DNA of 64,000 bases from Massilia sp. (GTDB lineage Bacteria > Pseudomonadota > Gammaproteobacteria > Burkholderiales > Burkholderiaceae_D). The translations under genes and the position numbers were made by a program. Below the pieces are notes generated by a model that was not told where the DNA came from, ran no database searches, and saw only the letters and a program-made list of their open reading frames with translations. Below, in pieces: positions 50,330 to 58,411 of this stretch (the stretch's first letter is position 1; each line of letters begins with the position of its first letter). Location: positions 19,348-83,347 of the forward strand of contig DAMCRY010000001.1 of the NCBI GenBank assembly GCA_032115075.1, written 5' to 3'.

Positions 50330-50701
50330 TTACTGGGCCTTCTGCATCTGCGTGATTGTCACGGCGCCGTTCACCCGGTCGGCCGAAAACTTGACCTTGT
50401 CGCCTACCTTGACTTGCTCCAGCATTGCCGGGTCCTGGACACGGAAGACCATCGTCATCGCGGCCATGTCGAGGTTCTTGAGTTCCCCATGGCGCAAGGT
50501 GATCTTCCCTGCGTCCTTGTCGATCTTCTTGACTTCGCCGTCGACCAGTTCGGCCGGTGCCGCCTGGTGGCCCGCATGGGATGCGTGCGCACCGTGCGAG
50601 CCGTTGCCGGCGTGGCTACCGTGGCCATTGTCCTGTGCCGTTGCGATCGACGCGCCGGCGGCCATGGCGATTGCCAGAGTCAGTTTCGAGAATGCGTTCA
50701 T
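50330..50701 (-). CDS. CusF-like periplasmic copper-binding protein
   Basis: Signal peptide, His-rich linker and KITLRHGELKNLDMAAMTMVF. Confidence 0.88.
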   Translation of the reverse strand: MNAFSKLTLAIAMAAGASIATAQDNGHGSHAGNGSHGAHASHAGHQAAPAELVDGEVKKIDKDAGKITLRHGELKNLDMAAMTMVFRVQDPAMLEQVKVGDKVKFSADRVNGAVTITQMQKAQ

Positions 50702-50723
50702 GGTGTCTCCTTTCGTGGTTGGT

Positions 50724-51167
50724 TCAGTTGTAGTGCTTGAAAACTTTGGTCTTGCCGTCCGCCTGTACAAGCAGGACGTCATACGGGTCCTTGCGCGGCC
50801 CCTCCATGCCTGGAGAACCGAGCGGCATGGCCGGGACTGCAAGCCCCTTGGCCTTTGGCTTTTCCGCCAGCAGGCGCTTGATGTCGCTCGCCGGCACGTG
50901 CCCCTCGATCGCATAACCCTGCACGATGGCGGTATGGCAGGAGCCCAGCTCGTTCGGAATGCCGCCGCGTTCGCGGTAGTCCGACGGGTTGGCGACGTTC
51001 GTCACCTTGGGTGCAAAACCGTTGGCCTTCAGGTGGTCCACCCAGGCCGCGCAGCATCCGCAGTACTCGCTTTTGTAGACGTCGATGACTGGCGCAGCTG
51101 CCATTGCCAGCATGGGCAGGGACAATGCCGCGGCCAGCGCCGATTTCGAGATGAGTCGCTTGAACAT
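50724..51167 (-). CDS. copG: CopG (DUF411) periplasmic copper protein
   Basis: YCGCC, SCHTA, EGHVPA and MPLGSPGME motifs. Confidence 0.9.
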   Translation of the reverse strand: MFKRLISKSALAAALSLPMLAMAAAPVIDVYKSEYCGCCAAWVDHLKANGFAPKVTNVANPSDYRERGGIPNELGSCHTAIVQGYAIEGHVPASDIKRLLAEKPKAKGLAVPAMPLGSPGMEGPRKDPYDVLLVQADGKTKVFKHYN

Positions 51168-51189
51168 GAGGTCTTCTCCTCGACGGTTG

Positions 51190-52581
51190 TCAGTGATGGC
51201 CCTGGTGGCCCTTGGGTTTACGGACGGTGACTTCCACCTCGGGCGTCTTCGCCGCCGGCATGGCCTGGCCGCCCGGGTTGTGGTTGCGAACGGCCGCCGG
51301 CGGCTCGCCCTTCCATTCATAAGCCACCGTGCCCGCAGGGTGCTTGTACCAGCCCGGATCCTTGTAGTCGCCCGGCTTCTGATCCTTGCGGACTTTCAGC
51401 ACGGTGAACATGCCGCCCATCTCGACACCCCCGAACGGCCCTTGGCCAGTCATCATCGGCAGGGTGTTGTCGGGCAGCGGCATCTCCATGTCGCCCATCG
51501 AGCCGCCTTTTTCGCCCATCACCATGTAGTCGGGTACCAGCTTGGTGATCTTCTCGGCCACCCCGCGGTGGTCCACGCCGATCAGGGTTGGGACGTCGTG
51601 GCCCATGGCGTTCATCGTGTGGTGCGACTTGTGGCAGTGGAAGGCCCAGTCACCCGGCTCGTCAGCGATAAACTCGATAGCGCGCATTTGGCCAACGGCG
51701 ATGTCGGTCGTCACCTCTGGCCAGCGCGACTCAGGCCGGGTCCAGCCGCCATCGGTGCCAGTAACCTCGAACTCGTGTCCATGCAGGTGGATCGGGTGGT
51801 TCGTCATCGTCAGGTTGCCGGTGCGGATGCGCACGCGGTCGCCTTGGCGCACGTTCATGGTATCGATGCCCGGGAAAACGCGGCTGTTAAAGGTCCAGAT
51901 ATTGAAATCGAGCATTTCGTTGACCCGCGGGGTGTAGCTGCCCGGCTCGATGTCGTAGGCGTTCAGCAGGAATACGAAATCGCGATCAACCTTGTGATGG
52001 GCCGGATTCTTTGGGTGCGTGACCCAGAAGCCCATCATGCCCATCGCCATCTGGACCATTTCGTCAGCATGCGGGTGGTACATGAAGGTACCCGGGCGGC
52101 GAGCGACGAACTCGTAGACGAAGGTCTTGCCCGGCTGGATGCCCGGCTGGTTCAGGCCTGTGACGCCGTCCATGCCGTTGGGGAGGCGCTGGCCATGCCA
52201 ATGGATGCTGGTGTGCTCCGGCAGTTTGTTGGTGACGAAGATGCGCACCCGGTCGCCTTCTACCACTTCGATGGTTGGTCCGGGACTCTGGCCGTTGTAG
52301 CCCCACAGGTTGGCTTTCATGCCGGGCGCTATCTCGCGAACCACGGGTTCAGCGATCAGGTGGAACTCCTTGACGCCATTGTTCATGCGCCAGGGCAGGG
52401 ACCAGCCGTTCAGGGTGACGACCGGGTTGTATGGCCGGCCGTTCGGTGGCGGTGGAGGTGGCTGCGTAGCCGCGCTGGTCATGATTGGGGCTTCCGGGAG
52501 GGTGGCCGCGCCAGCACGGCTGACCAGTCCGGCGCCGACCAGGGCGGCTGCGCCAGTGAAGAAATCTCGACGAGAACTCAT
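51190..52581 (-). CDS. Tat-exported two-domain-type multicopper oxidase with a Met-rich C-terminal extension
   Basis: SRRDFF, HWHG, MYHPH, HPIHLHGH and HCHKSHHTMNAM. Confidence 0.88.
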   Translation of the reverse strand: MSSRRDFFTGAAALVGAGLVSRAGAATLPEAPIMTSAATQPPPPPPNGRPYNPVVTLNGWSLPWRMNNGVKEFHLIAEPVVREIAPGMKANLWGYNGQSPGPTIEVVEGDRVRIFVTNKLPEHTSIHWHGQRLPNGMDGVTGLNQPGIQPGKTFVYEFVARRPGTFMYHPHADEMVQMAMGMMGFWVTHPKNPAHHKVDRDFVFLLNAYDIEPGSYTPRVNEMLDFNIWTFNSRVFPGIDTMNVRQGDRVRIRTGNLTMTNHPIHLHGHEFEVTGTDGGWTRPESRWPEVTTDIAVGQMRAIEFIADEPGDWAFHCHKSHHTMNAMGHDVPTLIGVDHRGVAEKITKLVPDYMVMGEKGGSMGDMEMPLPDNTLPMMTGQGPFGGVEMGGMFTVLKVRKDQKPGDYKDPGWYKHPAGTVAYEWKGEPPAAVRNHNPGGQAMPAAKTPEVEVTVRKPKGHQGHH

Positions 52582-52599
52582 TGTTGATTCATTCCTTGT

Positions 52600-54024
52600 T
52601 TAGTGTTCCGCGGCAGCTTCGGCGGGCGCGGCGGTTGAAGCCATGGAGATCGCGGACCCTGCGCCGCCGCTGCCGCTGATGGCGGCCTGCAGATCCGTTT
52701 CGGCGATCCAGAACTCTCGCTGCGCGTCGATGGCCGCATTCACGCCCGCGATCTGTGCGCGTGCGTCGGCCAGCAGTTCGAACACGCTCAAGAGCATGCC
52801 GTTGTAGCGAAGCAGGCTCTCTTCGGAAATCTTCTTCCGCAGTGGTACCAGCTGGTCGCGATGCTGCCTGGCGACGTCATAGTTTGTCCGGTAAGCGGAA
52901 TACGCTTCGCGGACCTGTGACCGGGCATTGATGGCGGTATCTGCGGTGCGGTGGACCGATTGCATGTAGAGCGCCTCGGCCTTCGCCACACGTGCGCCTC
53001 CCCAATCGAAGATCGGCAGGGCGAGTTCGATCTCGTATCCGTTTTCCCGGGGTGCACCGGACTTGCTCGAGTTGACGTATCCCGCGTCGAGGACGTTTAT
53101 GACGCCGGTTGCCTTTGTCAGGCCCAGTGCGCGCGCAGTCGACTCGGTGCCGAGCTTTGCCAGGCGTACATCGAGGCGCTGCTGCATCGCGAGCGACTCG
53201 ATATTGCCTGCCTCGCGCGGAACCGCCGGCAGCTCGGGCAGCTTGTCCGGAAGCTGGAACGCCGTGTTTTCTCCCCACACACCCATCAGCCGGGCAAGCT
53301 GCTCGCGCGCGGCCGTCGCACTGTGCCGTGCACGTGCCAGCTGGGTCGAGGCTTCGCTCGAGAATGCTTGTTCGCGCGCCTGGTCGAGGGCGCTCAGGTT
53401 CCCGACCTTGGCCATGCGCTGCGCCAGTTCGGCACTCGCGCCGGCCGCTTCACGCACTTGCTCCGCATAGCGCGCCGACTGCACTGCCGCGACGGCATTG
53501 AAGTAGGCCTTGCGCGTGTCTGCCGCGAGCCGGACCGCTTCGTTTGCCGCGACCAGCTTGGCGCTCTCGAAACGGCGCGACTCGATATCGCGACGGATCG
53601 GGATGGTCACGAGTCCGACGAGATCGAACATGACGCTGCGTTCGATCTCCGTTTCGCCGCCGCCGGACATGCGGCTGAAGCTGAAGCCGGGGTTGGCCAT
53701 GCGGCCGGCTTGCACCAGATCCGCCTCGGCGACACCCAGTTCGGCGAGCGACGCCCGCAAGCCGCGGTTGTTGATCAGGGCGACACGGACCGCGCTGTCG
53801 GCGGAGAGCGGCTGCTTCAGCAACTGATTCAGCTCGTCCTGGATGGCCGCGCTATCGGCATTCGTCCTGGGCAGGCGAACGTCCTGGCCGGTGCGCTCGG
53901 CGGTCAAGGATGAGACAGCGTCCAGGCCGCCGTCCTTGGAGAACGTCGCGCAACCGCTCAACGCGAGGAGCATGGCGGCTGCTGCGACGGCACGCATTGT
54001 GGGAATTGAAAGCTTTGTTGTCAT
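52600..54024 (-). CDS. TolC-family outer membrane lipoprotein of copper clusters
   Basis: Lipobox LSGC, LVQAGRMANP, LALPIFDWG and LLRYNGMLLSVFELL. Confidence 0.88.
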   Translation of the reverse strand: MTTKLSIPTMRAVAAAAMLLALSGCATFSKDGGLDAVSSLTAERTGQDVRLPRTNADSAAIQDELNQLLKQPLSADSAVRVALINNRGLRASLAELGVAEADLVQAGRMANPGFSFSRMSGGGETEIERSVMFDLVGLVTIPIRRDIESRRFESAKLVAANEAVRLAADTRKAYFNAVAAVQSARYAEQVREAAGASAELAQRMAKVGNLSALDQAREQAFSSEASTQLARARHSATAAREQLARLMGVWGENTAFQLPDKLPELPAVPREAGNIESLAMQQRLDVRLAKLGTESTARALGLTKATGVINVLDAGYVNSSKSGAPRENGYEIELALPIFDWGGARVAKAEALYMQSVHRTADTAINARSQVREAYSAYRTNYDVARQHRDQLVPLRKKISEESLLRYNGMLLSVFELLADARAQIAGVNAAIDAQREFWIAETDLQAAISGSGGAGSAISMASTAAPAEAAAEH

Positions 54025-54036
54025 TATGTGTTCGGC

Positions 54037-54405
54037 TTAATGATGTTTGCTGTGATCCACAGGCGCAGGACTGGCCGGCTTCGCTGGCGAAGTGGGCGCT
54101 GGTGCGGACGGAGCCGGCGCTTCTTTATGGCCGTGGTGGTTCTGCTCACCGCCGTGGGCACCATGTCCCGCATGGCCCGGCGCTCCGGCAACGGCATCGT
54201 TTGCGGCGCGCCAGGATTTGTCAGGCGTCGCTTGGGCGTCCTGCGGTGCAGGCGAACGACTGGTAATGACCGACTCGTACACGGTCGGTGGTACTGCCAC
54301 TGCGGGGTCCGCAGGGTCTGGCAGCGGACGGGATTGCTGGGCGTGCGCGTACATCGGCAGTACCAGCACGGCGCCAATAGCGGCAGCCAAAAGCTTGGAA
54401 GTCAT
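54037..54405 (-). CDS. Small exported His/Pro-rich protein
   Basis: Signal peptide, DPADPAVAVP...WRAANDAV, His-rich tail; GAGG RBS before ATG 54405. Confidence 0.7.
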   Translation of the reverse strand: MTSKLLAAAIGAVLVLPMYAHAQQSRPLPDPADPAVAVPPTVYESVITSRSPAPQDAQATPDKSWRAANDAVAGAPGHAGHGAHGGEQNHHGHKEAPAPSAPAPTSPAKPASPAPVDHSKHH

Positions 54406-54513
54406 GGACAATCCTCAAAATCAGTAACAGGGCGTGCGTAGACACGCGCGAATGCTCAAGAGCGATGACGGCACTAGAGGATAGCGGGTCAGCTCTTGTT
54501 ACGATTAAGCGGA

Positions 54514-54933
54514 TTAGTGCCGGGGAGGGCGCTGGGGGCCGTCCTGGATGAAGCCTACGGCGAAGGCCGCAGGCGCAACGACGACTACGTCTGAGCCATC
54601 GAAGGCCGGAACAACGAGATGAGTGGAGGGTGGCGCGACAGCACCCAGGCAGAATGCGGAACAGGCGCTGCAGGTGGAGTGAGGCTTTTTGTCGGCCTTG
54701 GAGTCTGCCTGATCGACATCGACCAGGGAATCTGCCGCTTGGCTGGCATGGTCGCCACCGTGGTGAGCATGCGCACTGGCCATGTGCTCGTGCGACAGCA
54801 AGCCAGGGTCGATCGAACCCTGGCTGGATTGCTGGTGAACCGGACCGCACGACATACGGTTGGCCGCAACCGCGTGCAGCGGAAGCACGGCCAACATTAG
54901 CCAAACGAAAAATGTCTTGAGTGCGCGGTTCAT
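54514..54933 (-). CDS. CopL-like leader protein upstream of the TolC/oxidase/copGCD operon
   Basis: MNRALKTFFVWLMLAVLPLHAVAA..MSCG...TCSACSAFC...GFIQDGPQRPPRH. Confidence 0.72.
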   Translation of the reverse strand: MNRALKTFFVWLMLAVLPLHAVAANRMSCGPVHQQSSQGSIDPGLLSHEHMASAHAHHGGDHASQAADSLVDVDQADSKADKKPHSTCSACSAFCLGAVAPPSTHLVVPAFDGSDVVVVAPAAFAVGFIQDGPQRPPRH

Positions 54934-54943
54934 AGATGTGGGA

Positions 54944-54952
54944 AGTATAGCA
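54944..54952 (-). promoter_or_regulatory. Extended -10 promoter, near-leaderless transcript
   Basis: Minus strand GTGCTATACT (the same decamer as upstream of czcI), 10 nt before ATG 54933. Confidence 0.55.
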
Positions 54953-55165
54953 CGCCAATTTTGGCCTGGAGCATCCTTAAGGCTGACTAAAGTCAGGCGC
55001 TGGCCGAGTGGCATGCAGTGATTGGCAGGCGCGGCTGATCTACGGAGATGTACAGACAAGGTGCGTTAGCGCACAGCCTTAATCATCGAACTCCTTCCAG
55101 AATCGCCAATGGAGGCGCCACATTGTGCGGCACTAAGTGCTGATCATTTACTCAAGGAGAAGAAT

Positions 55166-55570
55166 ATGAAGAAAGTTCAAACCCGTATCACTCTCATGGC
55201 CGGTGCATTTGCACTCGTTTCCGCTGTGTCGCTGAATGCGTTTGCGCAGTCCGGGCAACACGCGCAGCATGGGGCCCCGTCAGGCCAAGCTGGTCAACAC
55301 CACGACATGCCTGGACACGAGATGATGCAGTCGATGGAGGCCATGCACCAGAAGATGTCGAGCATGCAGATGACCGGGGATCACGATCATGACTTCGCCA
55401 TGATGATGCGCTCGCATCATCAGGCAGGTATCGATATGGCAAAAGCCCAGCTCAAGAACGGCAAGGATCCGCAAATGCAGGCGATGGCCAAGAAGGTAAT
55501 CTCCGACCAGACCAAGGAGATCAAGAAGCTCGACCAGTGGATGGCGAAGCACAAGGCGACGAGCAAGTAA
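55166..55570 (+). CDS. DUF305/CopM-like periplasmic metal-binding protein
   Basis: Signal peptide, Met/His-rich, DHDFAMMMRSHHQAGIDMA and DQTKEI. Confidence 0.85.
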   Translation: MKKVQTRITLMAGAFALVSAVSLNAFAQSGQHAQHGAPSGQAGQHHDMPGHEMMQSMEAMHQKMSSMQMTGDHDHDFAMMMRSHHQAGIDMAKAQLKNGKDPQMQAMAKKVISDQTKEIKKLDQWMAKHKATSK

Positions 55571-55689
55571 GCGGCGACGCAGACGGTACCGGTGTGCACT
55601 ATGCGCCGGTGCCGCTGTGAGCCCTGCGTCAGCGCTTTCAGGTAGAGATGGTTGCCGATCTGTATCGTACAACGGGACATCACAGCAGA

Positions 55690-55698
55690 TGCTACATT
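55690..55698 (+). promoter_or_regulatory. Extended -10 promoter, predicted leaderless transcript
   Basis: TGC-TACATT, 6 nt (TTTTGC), then ATG 55705; same nonamer as at 34800. Confidence 0.6.
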
Positions 55699-55704
55699 TT
55701 TTGC

Positions 55705-56079
55705 ATGACTGCCGCCTTCCGCAAAATTGCTTGGTGTCTGCTGTCCTTGTTGGTCGGGTACCATGGGTATGCGACCGCAGCCGTCACATGCCACAACTTG
55801 AAGGTGGAAATTCAGCTTGTGAAGGCGGATTCTCAAGCAGAGAAAGATGATTGCCCCGACATGCGCGCCAACATGCGCTCCGACATGGCGGAAGGTACCG
55901 AAGGTAGCTGTTGCAAGTCGAAATCGCTCTGTTGCTCGAGCTTCGTCGTCCCCTATGCCCCGGTCCCTTCATTTCTGCCGCTGAGCGCGCCTTCCACCTC
56001 CCCCGAGCGGTCGCATTCCCTTCAGGCCGACTTTTCCAGTTTTATTCCTCCGGTCCTCGACCCTCCGCCGCGCGCCTGA
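55705..56079 (+). CDS. Leader-like protein upstream of the PEP-CTERM gene
   Basis: Signal-like N-terminus, VTCH, SCCKSKSLCC and C-terminal SSFIPPVLDPPPRA. Confidence 0.68.
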   Translation: MTAAFRKIAWCLLSLLVGYHGYATAAVTCHNLKVEIQLVKADSQAEKDDCPDMRANMRSDMAEGTEGSCCKSKSLCCSSFVVPYAPVPSFLPLSAPSTSPERSHSLQADFSSFIPPVLDPPPRA

Positions 56080-56239
56080 TTCATTGCGCCGTTCTACCCT
56101 TGTGTCTCGCCATCCCGTTGCGCCTTCCTGAGCATCGCCGGACTGCAAGGCATTCAGGTTAATTACGAAGCTGCAAGTCCGTGCTTTTTGGCACGGGCAT
56201 GGTGGCGCTCGCATGAACAACTGAGCAATGAGGTAAATC

Positions 56240-56908
56240 ATGAAAAGCAACAATGCATTGCCCAAGCCGGCTCTGCTGGCGACTCTTCTATTGTCTGTGG
56301 TGATGCCGGCACACGCCGAGATCACTGTTTTCACCAACGAGGCATCGTTCCTGTCAGCGGTGCAGGCGGCCGGCACCGATCGTTTCGACGATCTGCCAAC
56401 CTCCGAACTGGAGGCCCAACTCTCACGAACTGCCGGAGCATATGGGTATCGCATCAATGCGGGCCCGGGAGACGGAGGCTTCTTTCCTGTGATGAATAAC
56501 GGCGACGTTTATCTGGCGCCGACGCTTGCTTCGGATGTTGTCAGCTTCAGCGCATTCTCACTTGGGGTGTTTGGCTTCGGGGGAAGCTTTTTTGCGACGG
56601 ACGCCTATGGAAGTTACGTGTCCGGGCGAACGATCGAGCTCACGGCGATGGATGGATCAGGTAGCACAAGCTACACCCTTGAAGGATCCTCACCCACGTC
56701 GTTCCTCGGTTTCCTGTCGACCAACCCCTTGACCGAAGTATCGCTGCGCACTATTGGCGAGCAAGGAAATGTCTACTGGGCGACTGCGAACGATGTTGTC
56801 CTTGCAGTTCCGGAACCATCAGCGTACGCGATGTTCCTGGTGGGGGCAGGAATCGCGGCTTGCTCTGTGCGGCGCCGGCGTCGCGTGCCCTATACCTCAG
56901 CCAAATGA
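56240..56908 (+). CDS. PEP-CTERM sorting-domain surface protein
   Basis: Signal peptide and C-terminal VPEPSAYAMFLVGAGIAACSVRRRRR. Confidence 0.88.
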   Translation: MKSNNALPKPALLATLLLSVVMPAHAEITVFTNEASFLSAVQAAGTDRFDDLPTSELEAQLSRTAGAYGYRINAGPGDGGFFPVMNNGDVYLAPTLASDVVSFSAFSLGVFGFGGSFFATDAYGSYVSGRTIELTAMDGSGSTSYTLEGSSPTSFLGFLSTNPLTEVSLRTIGEQGNVYWATANDVVLAVPEPSAYAMFLVGAGIAACSVRRRRRVPYTSAK

Positions 56909-56937
56909 CTCGTTCTCTATCGTTCAAAGGAGCAATC

Positions 56938-57660
56938 ATGAAATTCGCAAGCAAGCAGTTCAATCAGTCATACCGTGTCGGCAACATTCGTGTGCTCGGC
57001 CGTAGTCTCGCCCTGAGCTTGAGCCTGCTCGTGCCCGGCATGAGCGTGGCGCATGCCGATGGGCCGGGCAGGGGAGCGACCGCGCAGTTTGAAAAGAACT
57101 ACCTGGTCTTCATCATCAATCACCATTATTCCGCCCTGCGGATGACGGAGCTGGCTGCCGGCACGGACCTGGCGCGAGACGCGCAAGTCGTGGCTCCCCA
57201 GGAAGGGACATCGCCGACCCCTGGCTTCAATGCGACACCGCCAAAGGCGAGCGATGACGAGATCAAGTCGATGGCGCGCATGGGCAACCGAGAGCAGCGC
57301 GAAGAGATTGGCCGTGCCCAGCGCTTTCTGAGGGAGTGGTACGGCATCCAATATCAGCCGCAGCTCACGGCCGATGGAAGACGCATGATCGCTATGCTCG
57401 AGGCAACCCCAGCCGGGGCGCAGTTCAACCAGGTCTTTCTGAGGTCCTTCAGTAACCATCACCTGAGCGCGCTTGCACCGAGCCTGCACTGTACAGTGAA
57501 GAGCGATCTGAACCACGACGGTTTACGGCGTTACTGCGAAAACATCGTCGTCGTCCAGAAGAACGGAATCAACGATATGCGCGAGATGCTGTGCAAGCGC
57601 TACTCGGACTGCGGCTTTGTGCCCATGACAGGCGACAAACGGAAGGACAATGAGTTCTGA
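56938..57660 (+). CDS. DUF305-like exported protein
   Basis: Two HH helices (IINHHYSALRMTE, FSNHHLSAL), QREEI and C-terminal Cys residues; AAGGAG RBS. Confidence 0.75.
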   Translation: MKFASKQFNQSYRVGNIRVLGRSLALSLSLLVPGMSVAHADGPGRGATAQFEKNYLVFIINHHYSALRMTELAAGTDLARDAQVVAPQEGTSPTPGFNATPPKASDDEIKSMARMGNREQREEIGRAQRFLREWYGIQYQPQLTADGRRMIAMLEATPAGAQFNQVFLRSFSNHHLSALAPSLHCTVKSDLNHDGLRRYCENIVVVQKNGINDMREMLCKRYSDCGFVPMTGDKRKDNEF

Positions 57661-57670
57661 CCGAGGAAAG

Positions 57671-57700
57671 GGTTGAAGCGGCTGCAAACCCGTTTCAACC
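57671..57700. terminator. Stem-loop after the DUF305 gene
   Basis: GGTTGAAGCGG...CCGTTTCAACC, an 11-bp stem with one G-U pair. Confidence 0.4.
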
Positions 57701-57748
57701 TAGATGTCGCGCACACCAACCTGCGCCTTCGTTCAGCGGAAAATTCGC

Positions 57749-57779
57749 TTGACCTTTCCATTATTGGAAGGTTTATAGT
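57749..57779 (+). promoter_or_regulatory. CueR-type promoter for fdx and the YHS Cu ATPase
   Basis: TTGACC-19 nt-TATAGT with the dyad ACCTTTCCA-TTA-TTGGAAGGT. Confidence 0.85.
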
Positions 57780-57806
57780 GGAATAACCACTTTCCGGAGG
57801 CGTCTT

Positions 57807-58007
57807 ATGTATGAGTCCATTGGCCCCGAGGCCCACCGTTCCGTCGATCTCGTGACAGCAATGTCCAGCACAGGCCTGCACGATTCGGTGGGGTCGAAAC
57901 AGATAACGAGCGCGGTGTCCGGCTCGGAGAAGACGACAGCGACCTCGCGCTGTCTCTTCTGCCGATACCGAAGCTCAAGTGCCGGGAAGGAGTCGGCACA
58001 TGCCTAG
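57807..58007 (+). CDS. Possible small ORF at the head of the CueR-type transcript
   Basis: GGAGG RBS 6 nt before the ATG; the stop overlaps the fdx start. No recognisable domain. Confidence 0.3.
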   Translation: MYESIGPEAHRSVDLVTAMSSTGLHDSVGSKQITSAVSGSEKTTATSRCLFCRYRSSSAGKESAHA

Positions 58008-58338
58008 AATTACCGTACTGCCGCATCCGGATTGCGTACCTTCCGGGGCGTCGATCGAAGCCGCCTCCGGCACAAGCATTTGCGATGCGCTGCTCGAAAA
58101 CGACATCGACATCGAACATGCCTGCGGCAAGGTTGGGGCCTGCACGACATGTCACGTCATTGTACGGGAGGGTTTCCCATCTCTCGCGCAAGCCAGCGAC
58201 AATGAGGAAGACATGCTTGACCGGGCTTGGGGCGTCGAGCACTTGTCCCGTCTGTCGTGCCAGGCGATCGTCGCGGAGGCGGATCTTACGGTCGAGATTC
58301 CACGGTATTCCCTGAATCACGCCAAGGAAAACGCATAG
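58000..58338 (+). CDS. fdx: ISC-type [2Fe-2S] ferredoxin
   Basis: [45 protein letters not shown] and YSLNHAKE. Confidence 0.92.
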   Translation: MPRITVLPHPDCVPSGASIEAASGTSICDALLENDIDIEHACGKVGACTTCHVIVREGFPSLAQASDNEEDMLDRAWGVEHLSRLSCQAIVAEADLTVEIPRYSLNHAKENA

Positions 58339-58411
58339 ACATCTTAGGCCGCGCACCGCTTGCGACAAGTGGGCCGTGCGAGAACCTCAGTCGCTTTTAA
58401 CTGGAGCTGCC

